NCBI GenBank assembly: GCA_016926735.1
Contig: JAFGOA010000066.1
Span: forward strand, 36,675-100,674
DNA length: 64,000 bases
Source of the DNA: Promethearchaeota archaeon
GTDB taxonomy: Archaea; Asgardarchaeota; Lokiarchaeia; Sigyniarchaeales; SOKP01
Reading direction: 5' to 3'
In this document: positions 18,961 through 30,400 of the stretch, piece by piece
How the letters are laid out: each line of letters opens with the position of its first letter
How positions within the stretch are numbered: the stretch's first letter is position 1
Position numbers and translations under genes: made by a program
The notes under the pieces: model-generated
Told to the model about the DNA's origin: nothing
The model's database searches: none
What the model saw: the letters and a program-made list of their open reading frames with translations, nothing else

Positions 18961-19827
18961 ATGAGTACAGATAAAATAAAAGAGATACAAGAAAAATATA
19001 ATATCATTGGTAGAGTAGATGAAATTAGAAAAATCCTATTAGCGCGCTCAGTTGGCAAAAATATCCTTATTGAGGGTGAAGTAGGAGTAGGTAAAACAAC
19101 TTTAGCAGATGCTATTTCTATATATTATGATTCAGATTTTTATCGTATTGATTGTTCTGAAGAGACTCTTACACATAATTTAATTGGGTTTTTTGATCCT
19201 CCATTGGTCATTTCAAATGGATATGTAGAAGATTCTTATGTTTTTGGTCCATTAACATTAGCTATGAAAAATGGTGGATGTCTATTTATAAATGAAATTA
19301 ATCGAATGCCAGAAAGTACTCAAAACTCTTTATTAACAGCTTTAGATGAAAAAATTCTTGAAATACCTAAATTAAAAACAATTACTGCAAAAGATGGATT
19401 TTTCATAATAGCTACACTTAATCCTTCTGCTCATGTTGGAGTCAATGTACTTGGAGAAGCTATAATGGACCGGTTTATTTGGATTAAGCTTGATTATCAA
19501 TCACCAGAAGAGGAACGAGAAATAATTAAACAAGTTTTAGATAATATGAGTAACTTAGATGATAATATTATTGATATTTCACAGAAAATTATTGGAGCTA
19601 CAAGAAAAATAGTATCAATAAGGAGAGGAAGCTCCATTAGAGGAGGTATAGATTTAGCAGCCCTAATTTCTCAATATGATAATCATCAAAGTACTCAAAA
19701 TTGGATAGAAGCAGCAGTAATGGCCTTATTTAATAAAATTGAACTTGAGGATGGAAGTACTAAAACAAAGAACGAAATTATCTCTGATATTGTATTATCC
19801 GTATTAAATAAATCTGATTTTCAGTAA
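18961..19827 (+). CDS. MoxR-family AAA+ ATPase
   Basis: GEVGVGKT, GPL..AM, LFINEINR, ATLNP, AIMDRF. Confidence 0.85.
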   Translation: MSTDKIKEIQEKYNIIGRVDEIRKILLARSVGKNILIEGEVGVGKTTLADAISIYYDSDFYRIDCSEETLTHNLIGFFDPPLVISNGYVEDSYVFGPLTLAMKNGGCLFINEINRMPESTQNSLLTALDEKILEIPKLKTITAKDGFFIIATLNPSAHVGVNVLGEAIMDRFIWIKLDYQSPEEEREIIKQVLDNMSNLDDNIIDISQKIIGATRKIVSIRRGSSIRGGIDLAALISQYDNHQSTQNWIEAAVMALFNKIELEDGSTKTKNEIISDIVLSVLNKSDFQ

Positions 19828-19844
19828 TCGATGATCTTTCTGAT

Positions 19845-20939
19845 GTGAAATATCAAGAGAGGGAGAATAAAAGATTACATGTAAGAAATACTGATCTTCC
19901 CTCAGATAGGGATATCTTACGCTTAGAAATTATTAGAAAAAAGAAAAAAAGACCAAGTTACTATCAACATCTGGCAAATACATTAGATTATAAACAAATT
20001 AAAGAATTAACTTATACTGCAATTGAACATAAAAATTTAGAAGCAATACAAGGATTATTAAAATCCAATGTCTATGCAGCCACAGATGCATTAGATTGTG
20101 ATGATGGAGTACGATTTTTTTCAGAAAAGGCAAAAGAAAATTCAGGATTTATGCCTGAAGTATATTTCTTTATCAGACGCCCAATATCTGAAAAATATAG
20201 ATATATTTTCCGAAGATTAGCTCGTCAAAGTATATTATCATCATCTTTAAAGATTACCAGTAAGGGTATAAGAGGATATAAGAGAAAAACTTTACCCTAT
20301 TATAAATTAAATATGGTAGAGTTCAATATAGATGAAACAATTCAACATAATCCTTTAAAAATACAAAATAAATCACTAACTTATAAAGATATATATGGAA
20401 TCAAGAGAAAACGTCAGAAAAGAAAAGTTGTCTTAATTCTTGATACTAGTGGAAGTATGTTTGGGCGACTATTATTAAATGCTGCTTTAACTACTTCAGT
20501 ATTAGCACATAATCTAGATAAAGAAAATTATTCGATTATATTATTCAATTCAACAGCAATGGTTCTAAAAGGAATAAACGAAAAGAAACAAATAAATACA
20601 ATTATAGATGAAATATTAGATTCTGAAGCAGTGGGATTTACAAATATTTCAATTGGTCTTGAAAAAGGATTAAATGAATTAAATAAACTTCAAAAAAGAT
20701 CTAAAAATGAATTTGCTATATTGATCACTGATGGAGATTATAATCGTGGTGAAAATCCCATCAATATAGCTAGAAATTTTCCAAAACTTCATGTTATTGG
20801 AATACCTCCAGATAATAACGCTAATACAGGTATAAATACATGTAAGGAAATTGCAAAACAAGGAAGAGGAAAATTTTTTGCTGTAAATGATTATAAAGAA
20901 ATACCTTGGACCCTAATAAATATTTTAGCTAAAAATTAG
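19845..20939 (+). CDS. VWA-domain protein (MoxR partner)
   Basis: MIDAS LDTSGSM, FTNI, ILITDG. Confidence 0.85.
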   Translation: MKYQERENKRLHVRNTDLPSDRDILRLEIIRKKKKRPSYYQHLANTLDYKQIKELTYTAIEHKNLEAIQGLLKSNVYAATDALDCDDGVRFFSEKAKENSGFMPEVYFFIRRPISEKYRYIFRRLARQSILSSSLKITSKGIRGYKRKTLPYYKLNMVEFNIDETIQHNPLKIQNKSLTYKDIYGIKRKRQKRKVVLILDTSGSMFGRLLLNAALTTSVLAHNLDKENYSIILFNSTAMVLKGINEKKQINTIIDEILDSEAVGFTNISIGLEKGLNELNKLQKRSKNEFAILITDGDYNRGENPINIARNFPKLHVIGIPPDNNANTGINTCKEIAKQGRGKFFAVNDYKEIPWTLINILAKN

Positions 20940-21152
20940 AGGTAGATGGTTATAAATAACTAAGTGGAAATAGTAATTGACTTGATTCTTCTATAATATT
21001 TAAATAGAACAAAATCAAAAATTATTATAGAAAAGATTAATTAAAAAGTAAATTTTTAAAAATTTTTGAACAAATTTTTTCTCTTTAATGATCAAAATTT
21101 GCAATATTTCAAAATATAAAAAATAATATTAAAATCAATAAATGAATCACTC

Positions 21153-21911
21153 ATGAATAAATACACTAGGATGTTTTCAATTGGTTTAGAACACCCAAGT
21201 GTTAAGCAAGTTATGGAAATTGCCGAAGAAATTATAAATGATCATAAAATTTTAAATATAAATTCACTCTATATTAGAGCAAAAAAAAAACTAAAAATTC
21301 CTCGTAAAGGACTAAATATAATTATAGAACTTTTATTAAACAATAAAATTTTAGTAGATCGTTCAAGATATACAAAAAATTCGGTTTTATCTAATGATAT
21401 ACGTAAAAAGATTTATAATCTTCTACAAGTTAATATAGGATTACATTTTTCACTAATTAGAAAAATAATTTATTCTGATAATAAATCAGAAAGTTCTGGT
21501 GAACTCATTTGGCATTTGGATATGCTTATGAAATTTAATTATATAAAGAAGGTAAATTTTCATAATTATACTATTTTTATTCCTTCTGATATTGATGATG
21601 ATATCGGTATTATATCTTTTCTTTTAAATGATACTTTGAATAATAAAATAATAAATCTATTGATTTCCAATGATACTCTTAAAAAAAAACAGATACACGA
21701 TATTTTAAAAGAAAAAAGAGAAAATATTAACTACCATTTGAATATACTAATTGATAACGACATAATTCAATATACTGACAACAATAAATTAATCTTGAGA
21801 AAAGATTTAAGAAAAAAAACCATTAAATTATTAAGAGAAATAGTAAAGAAAAAAAAGATAGATTATATGAATGTGAATCAATACACTAATTTAAAGAAGG
21901 AGGAGTCTTAA
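21153..21911 (+). CDS. Multi-winged-helix transcriptional regulator-like protein
   Basis: Tandem wHTH units: RKKIY..GLHFS...LIWHLDML and INYHLNIL. Confidence 0.7.
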   Translation: MNKYTRMFSIGLEHPSVKQVMEIAEEIINDHKILNINSLYIRAKKKLKIPRKGLNIIIELLLNNKILVDRSRYTKNSVLSNDIRKKIYNLLQVNIGLHFSLIRKIIYSDNKSESSGELIWHLDMLMKFNYIKKVNFHNYTIFIPSDIDDDIGIISFLLNDTLNNKIINLLISNDTLKKKQIHDILKEKRENINYHLNILIDNDIIQYTDNNKLILRKDLRKKTIKLLREIVKKKKIDYMNVNQYTNLKKEES

Positions 21912-21914
21912 AAA

Positions 21915-23201
21915 ATGGAAATCAATTGGATTCCAACAGCAATTTCTGATTTTATTGTTAGTTTTATTTGTATAATTGGTACAATTATTATCTTAAAAAA
22001 ATCAAAAATTAGACATCTAAAATCAATTTTTTTCTTCAAATTAACCCTTTTATTCATGAGTTTTTATTCTTTATCCAATGGATTAGCTGATCTATTTATG
22101 TATGAATTGTATAAACAATTCCATGGAATATTCCTTTTTATGTTATCTGTATTTTTAATTATTGGTATTAATTATATCAGAAAAGAAACATTTTTGTCAT
22201 ACCTTTTATTGATTGTTTTTGGATTTGGATTTTTATTAATTTCTCTAAGTTTTACACCAGGTAATATTCAATCGGCTATAGAATCAGGATTTCATAGAAT
22301 TATATGGAAAAATGAGTTATCTATAGTTGGAACATTAATTGAAATTATCACAACATCATATCTTTTTTATTATGGTTTAAAAACACTACAAAATGTTCCA
22401 ATTTTAATTAGAAAAGATGGTCTACTATTTTTCTTTAGTATTTTTACAATTTTTCCACTTAGTATCATAGTATATTTATTTTTCAATATCTCTCCCTATA
22501 ATATAATAATCTCAAATTTTTTCTTCTCAATCGGAATGTTAATTTTTATTATTTCTATTTCAAGAGAGCCTAAACTTTTATATATATTACCTTTTACATT
22601 ATATCGAATTCTTGTAAAAGATAGAGAAGGATATCCATTGTTTGATCATGATTGGGCTGAATCAAATATAAATGAAACGCTTTTTACAGGTTTTATTAAC
22701 TCTGTACAAATTATGAGTGAGGAAGTAATGAAAGTTGGTGGATTATTAGACATTAATCTTAGTGAAGGTATACTTGTTTTACATGAATTGGACTATATTA
22801 CTATAGGTCTTGTTGCTTCAAAATCCTCGAGATTATTAAAAGACTCTTTGGTTAATTTTTCAAACGAATTTCAAGATCGATTTCAAAGAGAACTCAAGCA
22901 ATCAGATAGAGATAAAAACACTTATTTTTCTGCATATGAATTGATTGATAAATATTTCTCCAATTTTCCTTATAAATTTGTAAAAAGTAGAAGAGATCCA
23001 CTTTTCTTGATAAACAAACAAAAGCAAATTCCAATAGCACTTGATAATAAATTAAAAGAGATCTTTAAGGATGAAAAAGACTATAATATAAAAATACAAG
23101 AACTGCTCAAAAATCCTTATGGAATATCAACTTCATTTTTTGATCTTTATGATGAATTGAAAGAAAAGTATAAATTAAAATTAGGAGAAGATAATAAATA
23201 G
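21915..23201 (+). CDS. ~7-TM membrane protein with C-terminal longin/roadblock-like domain
   Basis: About 220 aa hydrophobic region, EPKLLYILPF linker, then RILVKDREGYPLF...LFTGFINSV...FSNEFQDRF. Confidence 0.7.
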   Translation: MEINWIPTAISDFIVSFICIIGTIIILKKSKIRHLKSIFFFKLTLLFMSFYSLSNGLADLFMYELYKQFHGIFLFMLSVFLIIGINYIRKETFLSYLLLIVFGFGFLLISLSFTPGNIQSAIESGFHRIIWKNELSIVGTLIEIITTSYLFYYGLKTLQNVPILIRKDGLLFFFSIFTIFPLSIIVYLFFNISPYNIIISNFFFSIGMLIFIISISREPKLLYILPFTLYRILVKDREGYPLFDHDWAESNINETLFTGFINSVQIMSEEVMKVGGLLDINLSEGILVLHELDYITIGLVASKSSRLLKDSLVNFSNEFQDRFQRELKQSDRDKNTYFSAYELIDKYFSNFPYKFVKSRRDPLFLINKQKQIPIALDNKLKEIFKDEKDYNIKIQELLKNPYGISTSFFDLYDELKEKYKLKLGEDNK

Positions 23202-23388
23202 ATATATATTATCTCTATTCTTTTTCTCCTATTCTATTTTTATAAATAAATGATCTGGAAAAAATTGGTCTAAACTATTTTATAAATGATCTTAAATGCA
23301 CTTCATCTAATAAAAAAACTTTAATCTAAAAAATCAACTGCTTTAGATTTAAGTATAAAAAAAAAGAGTCTAATGAAGTGTAAGATAT

Positions 23389-25908
23389 ATGAATAAAAAA
23401 AAATTTTTCAAAAAATCAAAATCTATAAAATCCTTTATGGGACTTTCTATTATATTGGTTTTATTTAGTATCAATAATTTTTATATTAAACAAACTAATG
23501 AAAACAAAGATATAATAATCGATGATACTACAAATCTAAAAAATTCGGGATATTGGAATCTTCCCTATATACATATAAATAATGATAACTGGTCAAATGC
23601 CGTATCCCAAGGTTGGTGTAGTGGTGATGGTTCAGTGGATACCCCATATACTATTGAAAATGTTACTATAAATGTAATTAGTTCACCTACTGGAAATGGA
23701 ATTTTTATAAATAATTCTACAAATTATTTTATTATTAAAAATTGTACTGTATCTAATTCTTATAGTGGGAATTGGAATGCAGGAATACAATTAAATAACA
23801 CTTGCAATGGTCAATTGATAAATAATGATTTTTCATTAAACACGGGTCATGGTATAATCTTAAGAAACAAATGTAATGATATTGTCATTTCTAATAATTC
23901 CATAATTAATAATGATCGGCATGGTATACTTCTTGATAATGAATGTAATAATAACATAATTTTTAATAATACAATAGATGATGATGATAAGCTTAATCGC
24001 GGTATATTATTAAGATATGATTGTAGTGATAACATCATCTCAGAAAATGATGTTAGTACACATGAAATTGGAATTTTCTTAACCGTTAATTGTATGAATA
24101 ATATTATTACAGATAATGATGTCACTAATAATTATAAGGGAATGGTTATATCTGATCATTGTTCTAATAATTCTATTTTAGAAAATAATGTAAATGACAA
24201 TGATGTTTATGGAATACAAATGGATACTTATTCTTACAACAACACAATTTCAAAAAATAATGTAAATAACCATGATTGGTATGGAATATATATATATGAG
24301 TATAGTTATAATAACACCATCTCAGAAAATTATGTGTCTTATGGTTGGCACGACGGAATATTTTTAGAACATTGTTATAATAGTACTATTTCAAAAAATA
24401 ATGTTACTAATAATCCTGGTTTTGGTATTGAGCTAACTCATGCTGAAGACAATAAAATTTTAGAAAATTATATTCGTAATACCGGAGATGATGGGTTATA
24501 TCTACACCATAATGCAAATAATAATACCATTTCAGATAATACGCTAATTGGCAATGATGGAGGGGGGATATATGTCTATTGGAACTCTGATAATAATACG
24601 ATTTCAGATAATACTCTAATTGGTAATAGTGGAGAAGCAATATATGTCTATACAAACTGTAATGAAAATAGAATCTTGGATAATCATGTAAGTTATAGTG
24701 CTTTTGGAATATATCTACTTGACTACTGTCATAATAGCACTATTTCAAGAAATACTGTTTCTCATAGTGGATCCACAGGATTCGGAATAAGATTAACCAG
24801 ATGTTATAATAGCACTATTTCAAAAAATAATGTAAGTTATAACCCAAACAATGGTATCTCATTAAATGGTGGTCAAGATGATAAAATCTCAGGAAATCTT
24901 ATAACAAATAACGGAAATCGTGGAATACAATTATATGGGACTTCTCAAAATAATGATGTCTTTGCCAATTTTATATATGGAAATGGTTATGGAATATATG
25001 CAAATCCAACTACTTCTAATAATACCATTTATTACAATTATATTTCTGGTAGTATTATTATTAATGCATTTAACGAGGGTATAAATAACTGGAATAATTC
25101 TGTGGTTGGAAATTATTGGGATGATTATTATGGAATAGATAGTAATAGTGATGGAATTGGTGAAACTCCTTATAATATAACAGGTACAGAGAGTAATAAA
25201 GATTATAAACCATTAGTAAATTTCTTTTTTAGTGAAATACCAAGTGATATCACATATGAAATAGGAACAACAGGTCATACTATTGGATGGACTGTTATTA
25301 ATATAACAAATATTACTCAAACTTATGATTTTAATATTTCAAGAAATGATAATTTATTTGATAGTTTCACTGGTGACCTTGGATTTTATGTTTCATACTC
25401 TATTGATGATCTACTTGAAGGAATCCATATTTATATAGTAACTAGCAATATACTCGATGAGATAAATCCTATAACAACAACAACTATAACGGTTACTAAT
25501 ATGATACCTGAATTTACATCAGTACCTAATGATATTTTATATAAAGTAGGAGATACAGGAAATAATATTTCGTGGATTTTTACAGATATCAGTATAAATA
25601 ATCCTACATATACTATTTCCAGAAATGGTTCTCAAATAGTATCGGATACACCATGTTATCCTGGAGTTTCTGTTGAAATTTCTGTTGATGGTCTTAGTGC
25701 GGGTGTATATGAATATATTATAGAAATTAATGATGGATATGGGAAGTCTAATACAGATATGGTTTTAATTATAGTCACAAGTTCAGCAAAGGGAGATATT
25801 GCAGGATATAATTTATGGATTATTGTTGGTCTGAGTTCTCTGATTTTATTATTCATTATAAAAAAAACCAAATTTCAAAAAAGAACAGTAAAATCTAAAG
25901 GATTTTAA
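23389..25908 (+). CDS. Secreted right-handed parallel beta-helix (NosD-like) protein with Ig-like domains and Loki-CTERM-like anchor
   Basis: GDGS..PYTIEN, many GIxL..NN.I..N repeats, GNYWDDY..D..DGIGETPY, C-terminal IAGY-TM-KK. Confidence 0.85.
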   Translation: MNKKKFFKKSKSIKSFMGLSIILVLFSINNFYIKQTNENKDIIIDDTTNLKNSGYWNLPYIHINNDNWSNAVSQGWCSGDGSVDTPYTIENVTINVISSPTGNGIFINNSTNYFIIKNCTVSNSYSGNWNAGIQLNNTCNGQLINNDFSLNTGHGIILRNKCNDIVISNNSIINNDRHGILLDNECNNNIIFNNTIDDDDKLNRGILLRYDCSDNIISENDVSTHEIGIFLTVNCMNNIITDNDVTNNYKGMVISDHCSNNSILENNVNDNDVYGIQMDTYSYNNTISKNNVNNHDWYGIYIYEYSYNNTISENYVSYGWHDGIFLEHCYNSTISKNNVTNNPGFGIELTHAEDNKILENYIRNTGDDGLYLHHNANNNTISDNTLIGNDGGGIYVYWNSDNNTISDNTLIGNSGEAIYVYTNCNENRILDNHVSYSAFGIYLLDYCHNSTISRNTVSHSGSTGFGIRLTRCYNSTISKNNVSYNPNNGISLNGGQDDKISGNLITNNGNRGIQLYGTSQNNDVFANFIYGNGYGIYANPTTSNNTIYYNYISGSIIINAFNEGINNWNNSVVGNYWDDYYGIDSNSDGIGETPYNITGTESNKDYKPLVNFFFSEIPSDITYEIGTTGHTIGWTVINITNITQTYDFNISRNDNLFDSFTGDLGFYVSYSIDDLLEGIHIYIVTSNILDEINPITTTTITVTNMIPEFTSVPNDILYKVGDTGNNISWIFTDISINNPTYTISRNGSQIVSDTPCYPGVSVEISVDGLSAGVYEYIIEINDGYGKSNTDMVLIIVTSSAKGDIAGYNLWIIVGLSSLILLFIIKKTKFQKRTVKSKGF

Positions 25909-26083
25909 AAAATAATAATTATCTTTTTTTTTTAATAGAAGATATAACTGACTCTGATTTTTTTAATAAAATTTATTATCTATTTAATATAGTTATTAAA
26001 AATTAAAACCCACATTCTTTTTTAATAATTATATTCAATATTTTATTTATAACATCACAAAATTAACATAAAGAGATTATATA

Positions 26084-27418
26084 GTGGTTAGACCCCCTCA
26101 AACAGGTAAAAATGTATGTCTTCGTTGTAAAGGAGCCAGATTGTTATGTGGAAAAAAATCATGTCCAATTTTAGTTAAAAATTCCATATTAAAATCTATT
26201 TTACCTTTTAAAACAGGAGAATCACTAAGAAACGTTGAAATCTTTGGAGCAAGCCCTCCAGGTTTTTTTGTAGGGCATCATAGTTATCCAAAGGTAAATA
26301 TAGGACCATTAGTTCCTTTTAATGAATTTGAAACATTTAAGGATATATCAGATTATCATATCCTCGATGCTCCAGAATTATGGTTTGGAACATCAATGGA
26401 AAAAATAATCAGATATCGAAGTAGTTTAGTTAGGAACAATTTTAAAGTAGATGTTCATATCGGAAAATTAAATAAAAAAAAAACACTTCCAATTAAAACT
26501 AAAAGACTCTTAGAAACATCACAAGACCTTTCAATGGCAGCTCGTCCTGTAGATACTGAGACTAAACTAGAAAAAATCAGTTTAAGAATGATTATGGACA
26601 ATCATGCTCAACCAATTGGACCTTCTGGTAAGACTGAAAAAATTGAGATTACAGAGAATATAAAAATACACCCCAAAGTAGAGTATTGTGTTTCAGATAC
26701 TGATTTGAAGGCAGGAGAAGCCGTATCAGATTATTTATTTTTCAAAGGAAATGTTCCATTATCAACTATTGAGAGAATTTTCGCAGCGGGATTATTGGGC
26801 GAAGAAAAAAATAGAAGATTAGTTCCTACAAGATGGTCAATAACAGCAATAGATGATATTATTTCAAAATTTTTGATAAAAGAGATAAAAAGATTTCCTG
26901 AGATTAATGAATTTCAAATTTTTGAGGCAAAATATCTTGATAATCATTTCAAAATCTTACTTTTTCCAGGAAAATTTCTTTATGAAATGAATGAGGTATG
27001 GGCTCCTAATTCAATTTGGAATTTATCTTTGGATAAAAATAATTCAAATATACGACCAGAAATAATGACTGATTATGAGTTTTATCAAGGAAGAAAGAAT
27101 TATGCAAGTAATATTACAGGGGCTTATTATGCTGCAAGAAAATCTGTTCTTGAATATCTTTTCAAAATAAAACGACAAGCTCGAGTTCTTATCTTTCGGG
27201 AAGTTGGATCAGAATATATCACACCATTAGGTGTCTGGGTTATAAGAGAAACCGTAAAAAATGCTATGGATTTAGGAAATCCAATAATAGTAGATTCATT
27301 TGATAATGCTCTAAAGATAATGACTCAAAATTTAATTGTAGACCTAAAACATTGGAAAAAAAGTAGTAAAATCATTAATTATTTAAAAACTCAAAAAACA
27401 TTAGATATATTTTTATGA
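26084..27418 (+). CDS. nreA: Archaeal DNA repair protein Nre
   Basis: CLRCKG..LCG...CP, SPPGFFVG...YPKV, LVPTRWSITAID, GAYYAAR, PLGVWVIRE, C-terminal PIP-like QKTLDIF. Confidence 0.88.
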   Translation: MVRPPQTGKNVCLRCKGARLLCGKKSCPILVKNSILKSILPFKTGESLRNVEIFGASPPGFFVGHHSYPKVNIGPLVPFNEFETFKDISDYHILDAPELWFGTSMEKIIRYRSSLVRNNFKVDVHIGKLNKKKTLPIKTKRLLETSQDLSMAARPVDTETKLEKISLRMIMDNHAQPIGPSGKTEKIEITENIKIHPKVEYCVSDTDLKAGEAVSDYLFFKGNVPLSTIERIFAAGLLGEEKNRRLVPTRWSITAIDDIISKFLIKEIKRFPEINEFQIFEAKYLDNHFKILLFPGKFLYEMNEVWAPNSIWNLSLDKNNSNIRPEIMTDYEFYQGRKNYASNITGAYYAARKSVLEYLFKIKRQARVLIFREVGSEYITPLGVWVIRETVKNAMDLGNPIIVDSFDNALKIMTQNLIVDLKHWKKSSKIINYLKTQKTLDIFL

Positions 27419-27478
27419 AATTATAGAAAAAATTTAAATTGCTAAAAATAGGTTGGCTTAAAGAGCATTAAAATTTAA

Positions 27479-30400
27479 ATGAACTGGATTTATAACTTAT
27501 TTATGGCAAAATTTAATTTAACAATAAAAAAAAAAATATTCTTTTTTATAATCCTAAATTTAATATTTATAGTTCCAAATCTACCAAATGCTATAGATAA
27601 TATTAATGATAAATCAGTTAATTTCATCGATCCAAATATAGATTCTTCTAATCTAAATAATAGATCGGAACAAGAAATTACTTGGAGCGATGATTATTCT
27701 AAATTAGATAAAAACAAAAATGGCATTAGTGATGATTTAGAAAATAAAATAAATGAAAATCCTCAAATTCAATCTTCTAAAAAACAAATAACCGCATTAG
27801 ATCTTACTAAATTATTAACCACTAATAAAAACACAGAAAATCAAATAGATAAAGATAACATAAGTATTATTGTGAAATTCTCAAAAGCTGAATTTAATGA
27901 TCCTCTTTCTCTTTTTAGAAAATTAGGAGGAAAAATTAAATCTGTATATTCAAAGATAATATATGGCTTTGCAGGGAGTATAGATTATAATAAACTAATC
28001 GAATTTGCTAGATTACTAAAACTTGAAAATTTTGAGTTCTATATCGAAGAAGATGGAAAAGGAGAATCAACATTATATTATACTGGATTAAACATGAATC
28101 TTAGACCTTATGTGTGGAATACATTAGGATATAACGGTGATGAAAATGGTGCTATTGCAATTCTTGATTCTGGATTAGATGATAGTCATAGTATGCTTGA
28201 AGGATATTCTTCTGGTAATTTTAATAATAAGATTGTTGGATGGCATGATTTTGTAGGTAGTAGTTCTACCCCTTATGATGATAATGGTCATGGGTCTCAT
28301 TGTGGAGGAATAGCTGCTGGAGATGGATCACCTAATTTAGATACGTATGGAAGAACAGTATCCTCAGATGGGATTGCTTTAGAAGGTGGGGGACCTTATG
28401 CGGAGCAAACAGTACAAACAACATTATTAAGATTTAATGTCACAGAACCTGGAACTATAGATGTGGAACTTCAACATGAAGATTCAACTATTTTTGATGA
28501 TTTATATACAAATGCCTATCTTTATTATGAATCAACACAAGTCGACAGTATAATAGCTACAACTAATAAAACATGGTTATCTAATATGTCATATGACGTT
28601 ACAGTTTTAGAATTGGGAAATTATGAGGTAGTAATAGAATTAACTTTAGTTGATGATGATTATTCTGGTGCCGTAGAGGATCCTAATTTTGGATTTAGAG
28701 CTCGAGCTCATTGGCCTTTTAATCCTCCAGACCTTGGAGAAGGAGATCTTTGGAAAGGTGTAGCTTCTGATACACATTTAGTTGGAGGAAAAGTAGCGAA
28801 TTATTATGGTGGAGTATATCAATCCGATGTTGTTGATGCTTTGACTTGGTGTGTTAATAATAAAAATATATTACATATCACTACAATCTCAATTAGTTTA
28901 GGATGGATAACTCCTCAAACAAGCATAATTGATGCATGTAATTGGGCGGTAGAAAATGGAATTGTTGTTGTTGTAGCAGCAGGAAATGAAGGTACAGGTG
29001 GATATGGATTAACAAGTCCAGGCGATGCTGATAAAGTGATTACTGTAGCAGCAAATAATGTTTATGATCAAATTACGGAGTATAGTGGAGAAGGAGAATT
29101 ATCATACACAGGTGCTACATATAAACCGGATATAACTGCTCCAGGAGGTAGTACCTATGCGCTTCAAATATTTTCTACTGATTCAGATGATAATGATGCT
29201 GAAGGAATCTTTTCTGATTGGTATGAGGATGATTTAGCAGGAATGCAAGGTACATCAATGGCAACTCCCGCAGTAGCAGGCGCATCTAATCTCTTAATTG
29301 AAGCAATGGGTGGATATAATAATTGGAATTATACAGAACAAGAAGCATTAAAGGTAAAGAGTTTGCTTTTAATGACAGCTACAGAAACTGCACCTTTATT
29401 AAGAGAAAATTCACTCATTGGCGACTCTCCTACTCTAAATAGAGGAAATAAAGACATTCATGAAGGATATGGGAGAATAAATATAGATATGGCAATCGAA
29501 GCATATACCCAATCATTAGATTTCAAAACCGAAAAGAATTTTACAATAGCAAGTAGTGATATTAATCCATTTAATAAGCACGGATTTGCCTGCAATGCAT
29601 ATTTACTTAGTGGGGTAAATTATACATTAGAATTGAACGTTCCATCGGGTTGTGATTTCGATTTATATATTTATGATGATAATCCAACAGCCATTGGTGA
29701 TCCAATAATAGAACAAAAAAGTATAAGTAGTACTATCGGAGGAAATGAATCTATATCATTTATTCCTTCTGAGACAGGTCTTTATTATATAGTAGTAAAA
29801 GCAGTCTCAGGTCAAGGTGAAGCTTATCTTTCATTTAAGCAATATGCTCATGACATTGCTGTATCTATCTCAGCTCCATCAACAGCTCTTCTAGCAGATA
29901 AATTTGAAATAATACTTGCTATAGAAAATATTGGTACCTCAGATGAAACAGATGTTAGTTTTGTAGCTTTTGTTAATAATGAAATTTTAGATTCTCGTAC
30001 ATTTTCATCCTTTTCTAGTGGTCAGATATATCAAATATCTTTTAGATGGTCTCCTTCAGAAAGCGATCAGTATAATTTAACAACTATATCGAATAACGTA
30101 ACAGGTGAAATAAACTTGGGTAACAACATTAAGATTCATTTAGTTAATATTTCAAGTTCAGCAATAAATAATTATGAAATGCAAGTAGATTATCCATATT
30201 CTTGGATTGATACATCTGGAGGTACAGAATTAAATTTGGGAGATGATGATGCGGATACAGTTCTATTACCATTCCTTTTTCCCTTTTATAATATGACTTT
30301 TACTGAAGTATATGTAAGTTCTAATGGTTATCTTAGTTTTTTTGATTCCTATCCAATCAATCAATATGAGGATGATTTTCCATCTGGAGATCTGGATAAT

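Noticed and set aside
24520-24660. Near-identical 72-nt tandem duplication in the beta-helix gene
   Set aside because: Ordinary coil duplication in a parallel beta-helix protein.
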